Assembly (NCBI GenBank): GCA_043228905.1
Contig: JBHGNT010000012.1
Coordinates: 15,066,001-15,130,000, forward strand
Origin: Azolla caroliniana
Taxonomy: Eukaryota; Plantae; Polypodiophyta
DNA length: 64,000 nt
Direction: 5' to 3'
Both the position numbers and the translations under genes were made by a program. Numbering within the stretch: the first letter of the stretch is position 1; every line of letters starts with the position of its first letter. The notes below the pieces were generated by a model. It did not search any database, was not told the DNA's origin, and saw nothing but the letters and a program-made list of their open reading frames with translations. This document shows positions 38,625-52,504 of this stretch, one piece after another.

Positions 38625-39489
38625 ACCTATGTTCCTCAAACAAGAGTCATCTTTTAGTGGTTTTGGAATATTGAAATAAGCGATTCAGTCCACAAACCCC
38701 GTTTAAAAAGAGGATCGAGCCTTCTGTACATATGTGACCTGCTTTACGTGAATTGACATGGTTGGCATTCACTCTAACATTCATTGTGTGATCTAGTTTA
38801 TGCGATTTTTGCTACTTCGTGATCACATGACTCTTACATGCCGACAGTCTCGAATTCGAGACCGATGAAACAAACCTAGATTTACAACAGAGGACCCTAA
38901 ATCCTAGTTAGTCCTTCAATTTTCCAAAATAACCCTTCACGTCTATATATACACCATATACAATGATACAATTTCCATACCAATTTTGTGAGAATGCATT
39001 TAATATTGCTTATTCAATTATACTACGTGAGATTTATTTTCTTCTTGGTTTGACATTTCCTTCTTACAAGAAATATTTTCCGCTTGATGTCCGCTATCCT
39101 TTAACGCATTTAGAATTATCGTGTGATTCATGGATACGGTGCGAGAGGTAGTGCGTTCAATTCTTGCATTGCCTCCGCTTTAATACGACACGTAATTTAG
39201 TTGATAAGTGCATATCTTATCATTGCGCACGCACCCTCATCAACAAATTTCTTCGGCCTCTTTAGAATTCACTACTTTTGTAAGGTAATTTGTTCTAATC
39301 GTCTGATTCTCGTTCAATGTGAAAGTGGTCCTCTCGGAATGCCCACTATTAATAATAGGGATAACCACACTTACGGTAGTAGAGTTGATAATAAACAGAT
39401 TTGTTTGTTTCTCCAAAAATAAGTAAGGGTAATAATTCAGATTCGCATCTAAATCAATTCTTCACCAAAACCTTCATCTAGACTTTCGA

Positions 39490-39561
39490 GGGCATTTGTT
39501 CTAGTGGTATGATTCCCTCTGAGGGTGCGATAGATGCCGAGTTCAATTCTCGGTATGCCCC
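39490..39561 (+). pseudogene. Divergent tRNA-Pro pseudogene
   Basis: HOR unit 7 copy. Confidence 0.8.
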
Positions 39562-39768
39562 TCGTAACAATTATACGAAGAATAATGTTGATAATTCAAC
39601 AAATTTACAACGTTCACAATTGTATTTCTACATGCTGGCGCATCAACATGTATTGCAACATGGTGCCGCGGTGTAGTTTGTGACCATGCGACGGACCAAC
39701 TTGAGTTATGCTACAGTACGTTGTTTTCTTGATTTGTGACGTTATTTCTCGTTGTTGTCATACATTAA

Positions 39769-39842
39769 GGTTTTGTGGTGTAGTTGGTGATCACGTTAGT
39801 CTCACACAATGAAGGTCTCCGGTTTGAGCCCGGACGAAACCA
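39769..39842 (+). pseudogene. Degenerate tRNA-Val(CAC)
   Basis: HOR unit 7 copy. Confidence 0.75.
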
Positions 39843-40749
39843 ATCTATGTTTCTCAAACAACAATCATCGTTTAGTGGTTTTGGAATATTGAAATAAGGG
39901 ATTCACCCCACAAACCTCATTTAAGAAGAGGATCCAGCCTTCACTACTTATTAGACCTGCTTGACGTGAATTAACCTAGTTGGCATTCACTCAAACATGC
40001 ACCGTGTGACCTAGTTTATGCGATTTTACCTATTTTGTGATCGCATGACGCTAATATCCCGGCAGTCTCGAATTACAGAACGATGAAACAAACCCAGATT
40101 TACAACAGAGGACCCTAAATCCTAATTAGTTTTTCAATTATCCAAAATAACCCTTCACATCTATATGTACACCATATAGAATGATCCAATTTCTATACCA
40201 ATTTTTTGACAGTGCATTTAATATTACTTATTCAATCATAGCATGTGAGATTTATTTTCTTCTTGTTTTGACATTTCCTTTTTACAAGAAATATTGTACA
40301 CATAGAATTTTGACATGTTTGATGTTCTCTTTCGTCTAACGCATTTACAATTATCGTGTGATTCATGGATACGGTGTGAGTGGTAGTGCGTTCAATTCTT
40401 GGATTACCTCCGCTTTAATACGACCACGTAATTTAGTTGATAAGTGCATATCTTATCATTGCGATCGCACCCTCGTCACGACATTTATTCTACCTCTTAA
40501 GAATATACTACTTTCGTAAGGTAATTTGCTCTAGTCGTATGATTCTCGCTCAGTATGGACGTGGTCCTCGGGTCTATTTGGGAGCTCCCACTATTAATAA
40601 TAGGGATAATCACACTTACGGTAGTAAAGTTCATAATAAACAGATTCGTTTGTTTTTCCAAAAACATGTAGGGGTAATAATTGAGATTGGCATCTAATTC
40701 AATTCTTCACCAAAACCTCTATGGATGACCTTTTCTTTGTATCCTTCGA

Positions 40750-40821
40750 GGGCATTTGGTCTAGTGGTATGATTCTCGCTTAGGGTGCGAGAGGTCTCGA
40801 GTTCAATTCTCGAAATGCCCC
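40750..40821 (+). tRNA. tRNA-Pro(AGG)
   Basis: HOR unit 8 copy. Confidence 0.93.
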
Positions 40822-41018
40822 TCATACAATTATAGTAACAATAATGTCGACAATTCAACATATTTACAATGTTCACAATTGTATTTCTACATGTTGGCGC
40901 ACCAACGTGGTGTCACGGTGTAGTTTGTGATCATGTTACGAAGGATCTTGAATTTTCTTACTATACGTTGTTCTACTTTCTTAATTTGAGACGTGCACTC
41001 GTTGTTGTCATGCAACAA

Positions 41019-41092
41019 GGTTTCGTGGTGTAGTTGGTGATCACGTCAGTCTAACACACTGAAGGTCTCCGGTTCGAGCCCGGACGAAGCCA
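41019..41092 (+). tRNA. tRNA-Val(AAC)
   Basis: HOR unit 8 copy. Confidence 0.93.
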
Positions 41093-41844
41093 ACCTTTGT
41101 TTCTCAAACAAGAGTCGTCGTTTAGCGGTTTTGGAATATGAAAATCATCGATGTACTTCACAAACCTCATTCAATAAGAGGATCCAGCCTTCACTGCATA
41201 TCTGACATGCTTTACGTGAATTAACCTAGTTGGTATTCACTCTAACATGCATTGTGTGACCAAGTTTATGCGATTTTTGCGTATTTCGTGATCACATGAC
41301 TCTAGCATGCCGACAGTATCGAATTAGAGACCGATGAAACAAACCCAGATTTACAATAGAGGATCCTAAATCCTAGTTAGTCTTTTAATTATCTAAAATA
41401 ACCCTTCGCAACTACATATACACCATATACAATGATACAATTTCCATACCAATTTTGTGAGAGTGCATTTAATATTACTTATTCAATTAAACTATGTAAG
41501 ATTTATTTTCTTCTTGTTTTGACATTTCCTTTTTACAAGAAATATTGTATACTTAGAAGCTTGACAAGTTTGATGTTCGCTTTCCTCTAACACATTTGAG
41601 GGTGCGATAGATGCCGAGTTCAATTCTCGGTATGCCCCTCATAACAATTATACGAAGAATAATGTTGATAATTCAACAAATCTACAATGTTCACAATTGT
41701 ATTTCTACATGTTGGCGCATCAACATGTATTGCAACATGGTGCCGCGGGGTAGTTTGTGACCATGTGACGGACCAACTTGAGTTACCCTACAGTACGTTG
41801 TTTTCTTGATTTGTGACGTTATTCTCGTTGATGTCATACATTAG

Positions 41845-41918
41845 GGTTTCGTGGTGTAGTTGGTGATCACGTCAGTCTCACACACTGAAGGTCTCCGGTT
41901 CGAGCCCGGACGAAGCCA
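41845..41918 (+). tRNA. tRNA-Val(CAC)
   Basis: HOR unit 8 copy. Confidence 0.9.
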
Positions 41919-42783
41919 ACCTATGTTCCTCAAACAAGAGTCATCTTTTAGTGGTTTTGGAATATTGAAATAAGCGATTCAGTCCACAAACCCCGTTTAA
42001 AAAGAGGATCGAGCCTTCTGTACATATGTGACCTGCTTTACGTGAATTGACATGGTTGGCATTCACTCTAACATTCATTGTGTGATCTAGTTTATGCGAT
42101 TTTTGCTACTTCGTGATCACATGACTCTTACATGCCGACAGTCTCGAATTCGAGACCGATGAAACAAACCTAGATTTACAACAGAGGACCCTAAATCCTA
42201 GTTAGTCCTTCAATTTTCCAAAATAACCCTTCACGTCTATATATACACCATATACAATGATACAATTTCCATACCAATTTTGTGAGAATGCATTTAATAT
42301 TGCTTATTCAATTATACTACGTGAGATTTATTTTCTTCTTGGTTTGACATTTCCTTCTTACAAGAAATATTTTCCGCTTGATGTCCGTTATCCTTTAACG
42401 CATTTAGAATTATCGTGTGATTCATGGATACGGTGCGAGAGGTAGTGCGTTCAATTCTTGCATTGCCTCCGCTTTAATACGACACGTAATTTAGTTGATA
42501 AGTGCATATCTTATCATTGCGCACGCACCCTCATCAACAAATTTCTTCGGCCTCTTTAGAATTCACTACTTTTGTAAGGTAATTTGTTCTAATCGTCTGA
42601 TTCTCGTTCAATGTGAAAGTGGTCCTCTCGGAATGCCCACTATTAATAATAGGGATAACCACACTTACGGTAGTAGAGTTGATAATAAACAGATTTGTTT
42701 GTTTCTCCAAAAATAAGTAAGGGTAATAATTCAGATTCGCATCTAAATCAATTCTTCACCGAAACCTTCATCTAGACTTTCGA

Positions 42784-42855
42784 GGGCATTTGTTCTAGTG
42801 GTATGATTCCCGCTGAGGGTGCGATAGATGCCGAGTTCAATTCTCGGTATGCCCC
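42784..42855 (+). pseudogene. Divergent tRNA-Pro pseudogene
   Basis: HOR unit 8 copy. Confidence 0.8.
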
Positions 42856-43062
42856 TCGTAACAATTATACGAAGAATAATGTTGATAATTCAACAAATTT
42901 ACAACGTTCACAATTGTATTTCTACATGCTGGCGCATCAACATGTATTGCAACATGGTGCCGCGGTGTAGTTTGTGACCATGCGACGGACCAACTTGAGT
43001 TATGCTACAGTACGTTGTTTTCTTGATTTGTGACGTTATTTCTCGTTGTTGTCATACATTAA

Positions 43063-43136
43063 GGTTTTGTGGTGTAGTTGGTGATCACGTTAGTCTCACA
43101 CAATGAAGGTCTCCGGTTTGAGCCCGGACGAAACCA
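43063..43136 (+). pseudogene. Degenerate tRNA-Val(CAC)
   Basis: HOR unit 8 copy. Confidence 0.75.
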
Positions 43137-43990
43137 ATCTATGTTTCTCAAACAACAATCATCGTTTAGTGGTTTTGGAATATTGAAATAAGGGATTCAC
43201 CCCACAAACCTCATTTAAGAAGAGGATCCAGCCTTCACTACTTATTAGACCTGCTTGACGTGAATTAACCTAGTTGGCATTCACTCAAACATGCACCGTG
43301 TGACCTAGTTTATGCGATTTTACCTATTTTGTGATCGCATGACGCTAATATCCCGGCAGTCTCGAATTACAGAACGATGAAACAAACCCAGATTTACAAC
43401 AGAGGACCCTAAATCCTAATTAGTTTTTCAATTATCCAAAATAACCCTTCACATCTATATGTACACCATATAGAATGATCCAATTTCTATACCAATTTTT
43501 TGACAGTGCATTTAATATTACTTATTCAATCATAGCATGTGAGATTTATTTTCTTCTTGTTTTGACATTTCCTTTTTACAAGAAATATTGTACACATAGA
43601 ATTTTGACATGTTTGATGTTCTCTTTCGTCTAACGCATTTACAATTATCGTGTGATTCATGGATACGGTGTGAGTGGTAGTGCGTTCAATTCTTGGATTA
43701 CCTCCGCTTTAATACGACCACGTAATTTAGTTGATAAGTGCATATCTTATCATTGCGATCGCACCCTCGTCACGACATTTATTCTACCTCTTAAGAATAT
43801 ACTACTTTCGTAAGGTAATTTGCTCTAGTCGTATGATTCTCGCTCAGTATGGACGTGGTCCTCAGGTCTATTTGGGAGCTCCCACTATTAATAATAGGGA
43901 TAATCACACTTACGGTAGTAAAGTTCATAATAAACAGATTCGTTTGTTTATCTAAAAATATGTAAGGGTAATAATTGAGATTGGCATCTA

Positions 43991-44436
43991 TGACCTGTAC
44001 CAAACCGAACCGAACCACGAAACCGTTAAACCATTAACCCGTAAAACCGCGGTTTCATGGTTCGGTTTCGGTTTTCAATATAGGTCAAAGGTTTTATTTT
44101 ATTATTATTTTATTTTATTTTTTATTTTTTAAAATTGTTAATATTTCATTTTTTAAAATTTCTAAAATTTTTAAGATGTTCCTAACATGTGAGAATAAGG
44201 TCTAAAAATAAAAAGATTGTTTAAAAATAAATTTTTAAGTTTTTTTCCAAATTTTTAAATTAAAATAAAAACCGTTAAACCATTTAAAGCGCGGTTTGTG
44301 GCTGTTAAAACCGAACCGAACCGTTTTAAAAAACCTAAACCTGAACCAAACTGAATTGAAGCGTTGAATTCGGTAAGCTGTTAAGCTGAGGTATCACTGT
44401 TCGGTTCGGTTCAAACCGAACCATTGCCGAGTGGTA
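43991..44436. mobile_element. MITE-like non-autonomous DNA transposon (AACCG/CGGTT subterminal repeats)
   Basis: Clusters of AAACCG/CGGTT near both ends around an AT-rich core; array-like sequence on both sides (44437-44482 matches monomer spacer). Confidence 0.65.
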
Positions 44437-45832
44437 CCTTCACATGTACATGTACACCTTATACAAAGGATACAATTTCCATGCACCATAGTAAGCCAAA
44501 ATGGCAACAGAGTGAAACTAGGAATCGGCAATGGCTTCCCTCAAGCTTAATCATGGCCTTTAAACTGTTTTTAAATGGTTTGGCAGTTTGTTTCTCCTCA
44601 ATGTATGGATCGACAAGGCAATCTTTAGCTTTGTTCATATCTACAATGGTTTCTTTTTTCTTTGGTTTTTATCCAAAACTGCAATGGTTTCTTTTACATG
44701 AGATAATGTTGGTGCTTATAGATTATGTATGTGCAGGTTTTTGTAATTTTGATTCGGATTTCTTTTTGGGTTGTTTTTGGTTTTTTGAAGGGATAGAAGG
44801 GGATTCTTGAGATGAGCAAAAGAAAGACAATGTTATTTGTTTATTGAAGAAGCCATGAAACTGAGAGATGTGTCCACTCAAATTCCAATTAGTTAATTTA
44901 TTAAATAATGAGTATTATTCACCTCAAAAATAAGAAATCAATTTATAGAGCAATAAATTGCAGAAGGTGGATTGTTTATGGGCTTCATCATTAATTTTAT
45001 TAATTAATTTCAATATGGTTTTTAAATTACAATTTATTTATTTATGTAATAAATAATTGTTTATTTTAAAAAAATTGGGAAGATGGATTGTTTTAGCTTC
45101 ATGGGCTGATATTTTATTTATTTATTAATTAAATAATCAAACAAACATTATTTAAAAAATTTTGGGAAGATGGGTTGATTGAGATTCATGGGGTATTTAA
45201 TTTAATCTCTAAGTGATTTTAGATATAAATAAGCACTTCTGCAGTCTTCTTAAATCCTTAGCTTCCTGATTCTTCTCAATTAATTTTTGTAATTTTTGTT
45301 TTTCGTTGATCGAAATTCCTCCCTGGAGCTTCCCCTTCTCTGATTCTGTTTTCTTGAACGCAAGGAGGTGAAAGATTTCATTTAATTAGTTCTGATTTCC
45401 TTCCCTTAACGAGTGATTTGCTTTCTTTATTACTCCATCTCTTCTTAATCCACTATATCTTTCACTCTTACTGTTTAATCCATACACGATGAATCAGGTG
45501 TGTGTATTTGATTGAAATGCAGATCATAAACATTCAAAGGAATGCGATGGGATCAACATTGCAATGCTGAGAATCATTTAGTTTGGTGATTTGGCAAAAT
45601 CTCTCCACTGTAATTGATATAGCACAAGAACACTCAGTTGCAGTTCTTTATCTGTTCTTGTAACCATAACGCACAACCGAAACCCTAAAATTTAAACACT
45701 AAAAACCTAAAAAAGATATTCTAAAACCCTACAAATATATATATATCTATAAATATAAAACCCTAGATCTAAGAAATCTAGACTTTAAAACCCTAAAACC
45801 CTAACTCCTTGATTTGCAAGACCCTAAACAAG

Positions 45833-48800
45833 ATGGCATTAGAGGGGCTTAACATTAGCTATAACCATGTTCACGTGGATTCAGCTTCAGATTGCTCCAC
45901 AAACAGGGACGATTCCGTGAGAGGTGGGTGTGCCATTGAGATCGGCAAAGACATGGGCAGCCCTTTCGTCCTAATTCGTACCAAAAGCCGAGATGATGAT
46001 GGTCACGTCCGTCGAACAGGTTACTATGTCTCTTAATTTTACCCACATATACAGTATCTATTTATGTATGTAAATGTGTACATACTCGTATGTATGCATG
46101 TATTTTATCACACATGTAATATATGTATGTATGAATCTAATGAATCATTTGCAATGCAATGTATGCATGTATTTTATCACACATGTAATATATGTATGTA
46201 TGAATCTAATGAATCATTTGCAATGCAATGTATGCATGTATTTTATCACACATGTAATATATGTATGTATGAATCTAATGAATCATTTGCAATGCAATGT
46301 ATGCATGTATTTTATCACACATGTAATATATGTATATATGAATCTAATGAATCATTTGCAATGCAATGTATGCATGTATTTTATCACACATGTAATATAT
46401 GTATGTATGAATCTAATGAATCATTTGCAATGCAATGTATGCATGTATATCTGAATGTAATGAAAGATGTGCAGTGTGATAGTATGCATTTAATTGTAGG
46501 TATGTATCTATGAATGTAAGGATTGACAGGTAACATATGCAATGGTAGGTCTGTATTTGTGAAATCAAATAAACCTTTAAACGCCATTGTTTCTGATATA
46601 GGTAATATATATGTGGTTAATAGTGTGGATCAATCCGGGTAATGAAGGGTTTAGGGATACATATTATGTAGATGTATATATATGTATACATGAAGGTAAC
46701 CCTAAACCCTCAAGACTAAACATGATTTTTAATATGGTTAGTGAGCTTGACAATGCTGATATGGATAATGAATTTAGACATTCTGCTAATATCCTCTGTG
46801 TTATGCATGATAATGGGGACTAAGACTGGAAGTTTACTGTTTAGACTATATATGTATCTAGTCTTAAACGCTTTACCATGTTTATATGATCAATGTTCTC
46901 TAAACATGTTTATTCTATGATTAATTTAATCCCCAGCACGCTTATGATATGATAAAAGGATTTCTAACTTGCTTATGAATGTCTTTATGGAACATGCTTA
47001 TGATATGGAGCTTATATGTATCTAAACGTGTTTATGTATTTTGTGCTTGAGAATGTGGATCACTCAATGCAGAATGAAGGGTTGGGTTTATGGTCATTTA
47101 AGTAACTCTAAACAATTTGTAGTCCTAAACCTTAAAACAGGGCTATAATTCAATGGGCGGATTCATAAACATGTTTATAGGACTGGTTAATGGGCTTATA
47201 AACATGCTTATCATATGATGGATGGACGCCATGGACGTATGGACATGCTTATGGGATTGGTTTTTTGGACTCATGAACATCCTTACGATTAATTAACTTG
47301 GTATTTGCGCCTGAGATATTGACAGATCCAAGTAAAAAGAGGGTTTAGAATCATATATTGCTTAGGGGTAATGTACAATAATCATGCTTATGACACGTTT
47401 AACGTACTCATAAAACATGCTGATGGTATAATAAATTTGGCTCATACAATTAAGATGTATAGACTCATAAACATGGTTGTAATAACGATTACGACGAATA
47501 CATTAAACATGTTTATGATATGGTTAATGGACTCATAATCATGTTTATGTTATGATGACTGGATTCATAAACATGCGTATGGTATGATGAATGGAGTTGT
47601 AAATATGGGTTATGACATACATTATCAAAGCCTAAACATTACTTCTGGCCTACATACCTGAAAACCCTAAACATGCTATTTTAATTTGTGGTATGAAATT
47701 GGCTTGAGGATATAGGGTAATGGCTGATGATTGAAAATGTTAAAACATTTGCAGGCAATGTGTGGACTGCTTCAGCTCATGTAATCACAGCAGTTATCGG
47801 GTCTGGAGTGTTATCTCTTGCTTGGAGTATCTCTCAGATTGGATGGGTTGCTGGGCCCCCCATCTTGTTGGGTTTTGCATTCATCACATACTACACTGCC
47901 CTGCTCTTAGCTGATTGCTATAGACACCCTGACCCCATCACAGGAAGAAGAAACTACACATACATGGATGCTGTCAAATCACACTTAGGTAGGTTATTCA
48001 ACTTTCTGTATCTCCCTCACCAAAATGGTGCCTCTATCAACAAATTTCCATTACTTTTACATTATATATGTGATCATTCAATGTCAATGTCAATGTATAT
48101 GTATATGTATATATTTATGTGATCATTCAATGTATATATATATGTATATGTATATATTTATGTGATCATTCAATGTATATGTGTATGTATATATTTGTGT
48201 GATCATTCAATGTATATATATTTGTATATGTATATGTATATGATGTATATGTATGAATGTATGCATATCAATGATTAGAATCATGGTAGAAAGTTACATG
48301 TATTGTGTGTATGTTGTTTGTGTATATGCATGTATGTTTCTGTGTTATGTAACATGTATTTAGACCTTGATGTTTATATATTGTAAAGTTACTTTTAATG
48401 CTTATAGGTAAGATTCAACATATGTATGTATATTACACACATTACTATGAATGTTAGGACATTGTGTATATTTATTGTTGAATGGCTTTTCTATGGTTAG
48501 CACTAGTTCTAATCCTTTATGGGGTAGCATTGGTTAAGGTGACAAGCAAGTGTGGATATGTGGGTTTGTGCAATATATCAATCTGATCGGAACCGCGATC
48601 GGGTATACCATCACTTCTTCGATAAGCATGGTGTAAGTCTCACTTTTGAGATGAATTTATTCATCAAATTTCTAGTTCTCTAAATCCTAAACATATTTTC
48701 TCACTTTTGAGATGAATTTATTCATCAAACTTCTATTTCTCTAAATCATAAGCATATTTTTCTCACTTTTGAGATGAATTTATTCATCAAACTTCTATTT

Positions 48801-50690
48801 CTATAAATCATTATAAACATATTTTGTTATTCCTCTTCACTGTAGGGCTATTAATAGATCTAATTGCTTCAACAAGAATGGGCATGATGCAAAGTGCAAC
48901 ATTTCCAATAATCCATACATGATTCTCTTCGGTGTAACACAAATTGTGCTTTCGCAAATCCCCGACTTTGATCGGCTCTGGTGGCTTTCCACAGTTGCGG
49001 CCATTATGTCATTTTCCTACTCTTCGATCGGCCTTGGTTTAGCGATCCTGAAAGCTTCGGGTTTCTATCTATCACACACATCTCTATATCTGGTCACAAT
49101 AATCTTTGTTTAACATACATACATTCATTCATTCTTACATCTTACATTGTCTCTTCATTTTTAACATAATGCGCTACTAGACAAGGGGCATACCCATGGG
49201 ACACTCATCGGAGTTGATGTAGCCGAGGAGAAAAAGGCATGGGGGATCTTCCAAGCCCTCGGAAATATTGCTTTTGCTTATTCATTCACATCAATCCTCA
49301 TTGAGATTCAGGTAGCACAATGCTATAGAAATAGAGTATAAATCCCATCAAGGATCATTGAAAGCTTTTCGGATATTTGTACAAGTTTACACACCTAAAC
49401 CTGAAAGCTTCAAACATTACACAATATCAAGTGTCAATGCTCAACCCTAGATCTTTGGACATTGCACCATACGAATCTTTTAATTCTACACCCTAAAAGT
49501 TTTGGACATTGTTTGATTTACAACTCCATCTAAACCATAACCCTAAACTCTGAATTCTAACGAAGATTTGAGCATTGTTATGTACATATATACATCTTGA
49601 AACTTGAAACACAACCGCCATAAACATAAATCCTTTTTGTTTCAGGACACCTTGAAGTCTCCACCGGCCGAGAACAAAACAATGAAGAAAGCATCATTAA
49701 TAGGCATCATGACCACTACTATGTATTACGTATCTGTCGGTTGCATCGGTTATGCGGCATTTGGAGACAAAGCACCTGGGAATATCTTGACGGGGTTCGG
49801 CTTCTACAACCCCTATTGGCTTGTGGACTTTGCAAATGCTTGCATTGTGGTGCATCTTGTGGGTGCCTTTCAGGTACTACTCTCAAGATGTCATCATATT
49901 ATTTCCTTTGATTGGTATAAAAGCATGGTTAAAGTTATTTGGCATAGCTTTTGACACATTACATTGGATCCCCCACATGAGCATAGTGTGTATTGTATGT
50001 GCATTTGTTGTGTAGCTTAAGGTTTTGTGTGTATAGAGTATAGAGTATAGAGGTAGATGTTTAGGGGGTATAGGTTTTAGGTTATCAATATTGTTTCTAT
50101 ATTTTTATCATATATCATGGACATGGATACTTGTTGGGGGGTTTGGGTTTTTCGGAGGGTTTCATATTCTCGAGCATATCTAGAGGGATTTTGGTTTATA
50201 GGTTATAGTGTTGGGATTTGTGAGATCTCATATGAGGTTAGTAGTAATGGTTTTTCGTGTATTGTTGTTCCAGGTATTCGTGCAACCCGTATTTGCATTT
50301 GCCGAGAATTGGGTCGTGGCAATGTGGCCATCATGCCAATTCTTAACATATGAGCTCAAGATAAGCAAGTCTTTCAAGCTGAATTTGTTCAGGCTTATAT
50401 GGAGGACAACATTCGTGGTCTTCACGACACTGGTATCGATGTTGTTACCTTTTTTCAATGACATCTTAGGTCTTCTTGGAGCTTCAGCATTTTGGCCTCT
50501 CACGGTGTATTTCCCGATAGCAATGCACATCTCCCAAAACCAAGTGAAGCCGTGGACGACAAAATGGATTGGGTTACAAGCTTTGAGTTTAATTTCCTTA
50601 TTTGTTTCATTGGCGGCTGGCCTAGGGTCTATTGCCGGGATTGTATATGATCTCAAGCATTATACCCCATTCAAAACCACCCAATCCTAA
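45833..50690 (+). CDS. AAP: Amino acid permease (AAP/AAAP family), 7 exons, ~501 aa
   Basis: Exons 45833-46019, 47755-47988, 48539-48632, 48846-49060, 49181-49311, 49646-49873, 50274-50690 with GT-AG introns join in frame (1,506 nt); motifs DDDG..RTG, WTASAHVITAVIGSGVLSLAW, QALGNIAFAYS, IEIQDTLKSPP, FWPLTVYFP. Confidence 0.95.
46091..46448 (+). repeat. 69-bp minisatellite x5 in AAP intron 1
   Basis: TGTATGCATGTATTTTATCACAC...GCAATGCAA unit repeated, giving 23-aa periodic spurious ORFs. Confidence 0.95.
48638..48825 (+). repeat. ~61-bp tandem repeat x3 in AAP intron 3
   Basis: TCTCACTTTTGAGATGAATTTATTCATCAAA occurs three times. Confidence 0.85.
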
Positions 50691-52504
50691 GGTTTTTAAA
50701 TCTTAGAGATTAGCATAGGTTGGATTAGAGTAGGGGAATAGGGCTTTATATGCTAATGTTTTGTGTCTATAGACAATCAACCCATAAAGGTAGGGACAAG
50801 TGCTGGGTAATGAGGACACTTTGGAACTAAGGTCTTATCCTAATCACCAATAATCATCATAGATTCGAGCAACACTAACTGTAATCACTTCGCGCCCTTT
50901 GGATATATAGCATAAGCTCCAATGCGGCTGACTCTCCTTTTTTCATGCATGAATCAATCGAAAACTTTGAGAAATTTGGTTAGCTTCTTTAAACTTTAGA
51001 ATGCCACAACATTACCAATGAAAAATGTTTCTTTCGACATATTTCAGACATTTCTTCAAGTGTAAATGCTTTCAATCTTGAGTTAAGTAATATGTGTTGA
51101 TTGTTCTAATTTCTTTCAACAATGTCTAGTGTAACTTTACAATAATAACAATTGACATGGTAGTAAAATTAACAAACAAATTACTCCAAAACTTTGTGTG
51201 TGTAGTATTAAGGTCTTATGAAAGGGTATAACGTTCTTCCAAAGATAATATCAGTTGGAATTCTTGCTTGAGTTTTCTCTCAGCACCTCACTTTAAATAA
51301 TGACATTTTAAAAGTTGAAGATTCAACCTCTTATTGTGCATACATTTTAAGGCATTTGTCGAGTGACGCTATATCATTAGAACATTTGAGATCTAGCTAC
51401 ATTTGTTCCAATCTCTTCTTTACAAATGAAGCTATATCATTGTAAAGGGAAGAAAATGACATGTGAACGCCTTTGTACAATGCTTCCAAACTCATAAGAA
51501 GTATAGTTCTCATTGTGTGGACGAATACAAAAGCTTCCCAAGTTCGATGATAGTGCTCAAGGAGCTATAAGTTTTTACTAAAATTAGCATAATTCCCTCT
51601 CATTGGACTTTTAACAAACAAGATGACACTTGTTAGCACATGGTGATCAAAATCCTTTTAATCACAACAATGAGAATTAGATTTTTTATCATCCATAAAG
51701 AGGCTGATTTTGACCTATGGAACCAGAAGTGATCAGTTGGGGAACCAAACAAACTACCAATGTACATAAACTACCCTTACATTCTACCAAACTAAGCACA
51801 TGAAGTACCAATACATACATATAAACTATAAAACCTTTAAACTTTTTAGCTTCAAGTAATAGGATTCAACTACAAAAAGCTCTTGTGGAGGAATCTCAAC
51901 TACCAAGACAAGGGCCCGTGATCAATCAATGAGCAGCGTGAAATGTGCCATTTATAACGTTTAATCTTGTTGCCAATCTCTTTCGCTAGGAGACCCTCCG
52001 ATTCGTTAAATGTGGACTTGCACTATGTCACAGATCACCTACTAGCATGCAACTAAGGTGAAATTTCAATAGAATCATGAACTTGTAATACATTATGCAA
52101 CATGTTATGCATTCAAATTGAAGTTTTGGGCAGATGCCGAACTATGTGATCACAATTTTGCAGTACTCAAAAAGGAATTGAGCTCCATCTTCAATCTGAA
52201 CTCAGGAGCCACATGATACAAGCATATCTCGTGAAGCTATGGTGTTGCAACTAACTAAATGTGGCATATCCTCATGTTTGAATCATTTCACTCACAATAA
52301 GCATGCACACTGTTTAATGTAACTCTCAACAAAGCAACATCATATGTGGGTATATGCTGATCTTTCAACAGATCAAAGCCCTAATAATATGTATCAAAAA
52401 CATTTACAGATCAAAGTCTATACATCAAAGATTTACACTAGAAATAGTTCAAAACAGCGTTGAAACGAAAAAAAAGTATATAAAACTGATGTAGAAAAGA
52501 TTTG

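Larger units (their letters stand above)
16602..43990 (+). repeat. Homogeneous 3,294-bp higher-order tandem repeat (~8.3 copies) of tRNA genes
   Basis: ORF-track hits and tRNA starts recur at exactly 3,294-bp intervals; three internal sub-monomers (Val-to-Val spacing 826, 1218, 1250 bp). Confidence 0.98.

Noticed and set aside
17379-43955. Recurrent short ORFs (MISAYLII.., MNIVNML.., MIQFPYQF..) in every repeat unit
   Set aside because: They overlap tRNA genes or ghosts, the MISAYLII ORFs start at TTG, and lengths vary between monomers; they are by-products of the repeat
16602-43990. CRISPR-like or rDNA array
   Set aside because: Spacers are identical rather than unique, units are kilobases long, no cas or rRNA sequence is seen, and the context is eukaryotic
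46064-46513. Cys/His/Met-rich repeat protein
   Set aside because: It is the translation of a 69-bp minisatellite inside AAP intron 1
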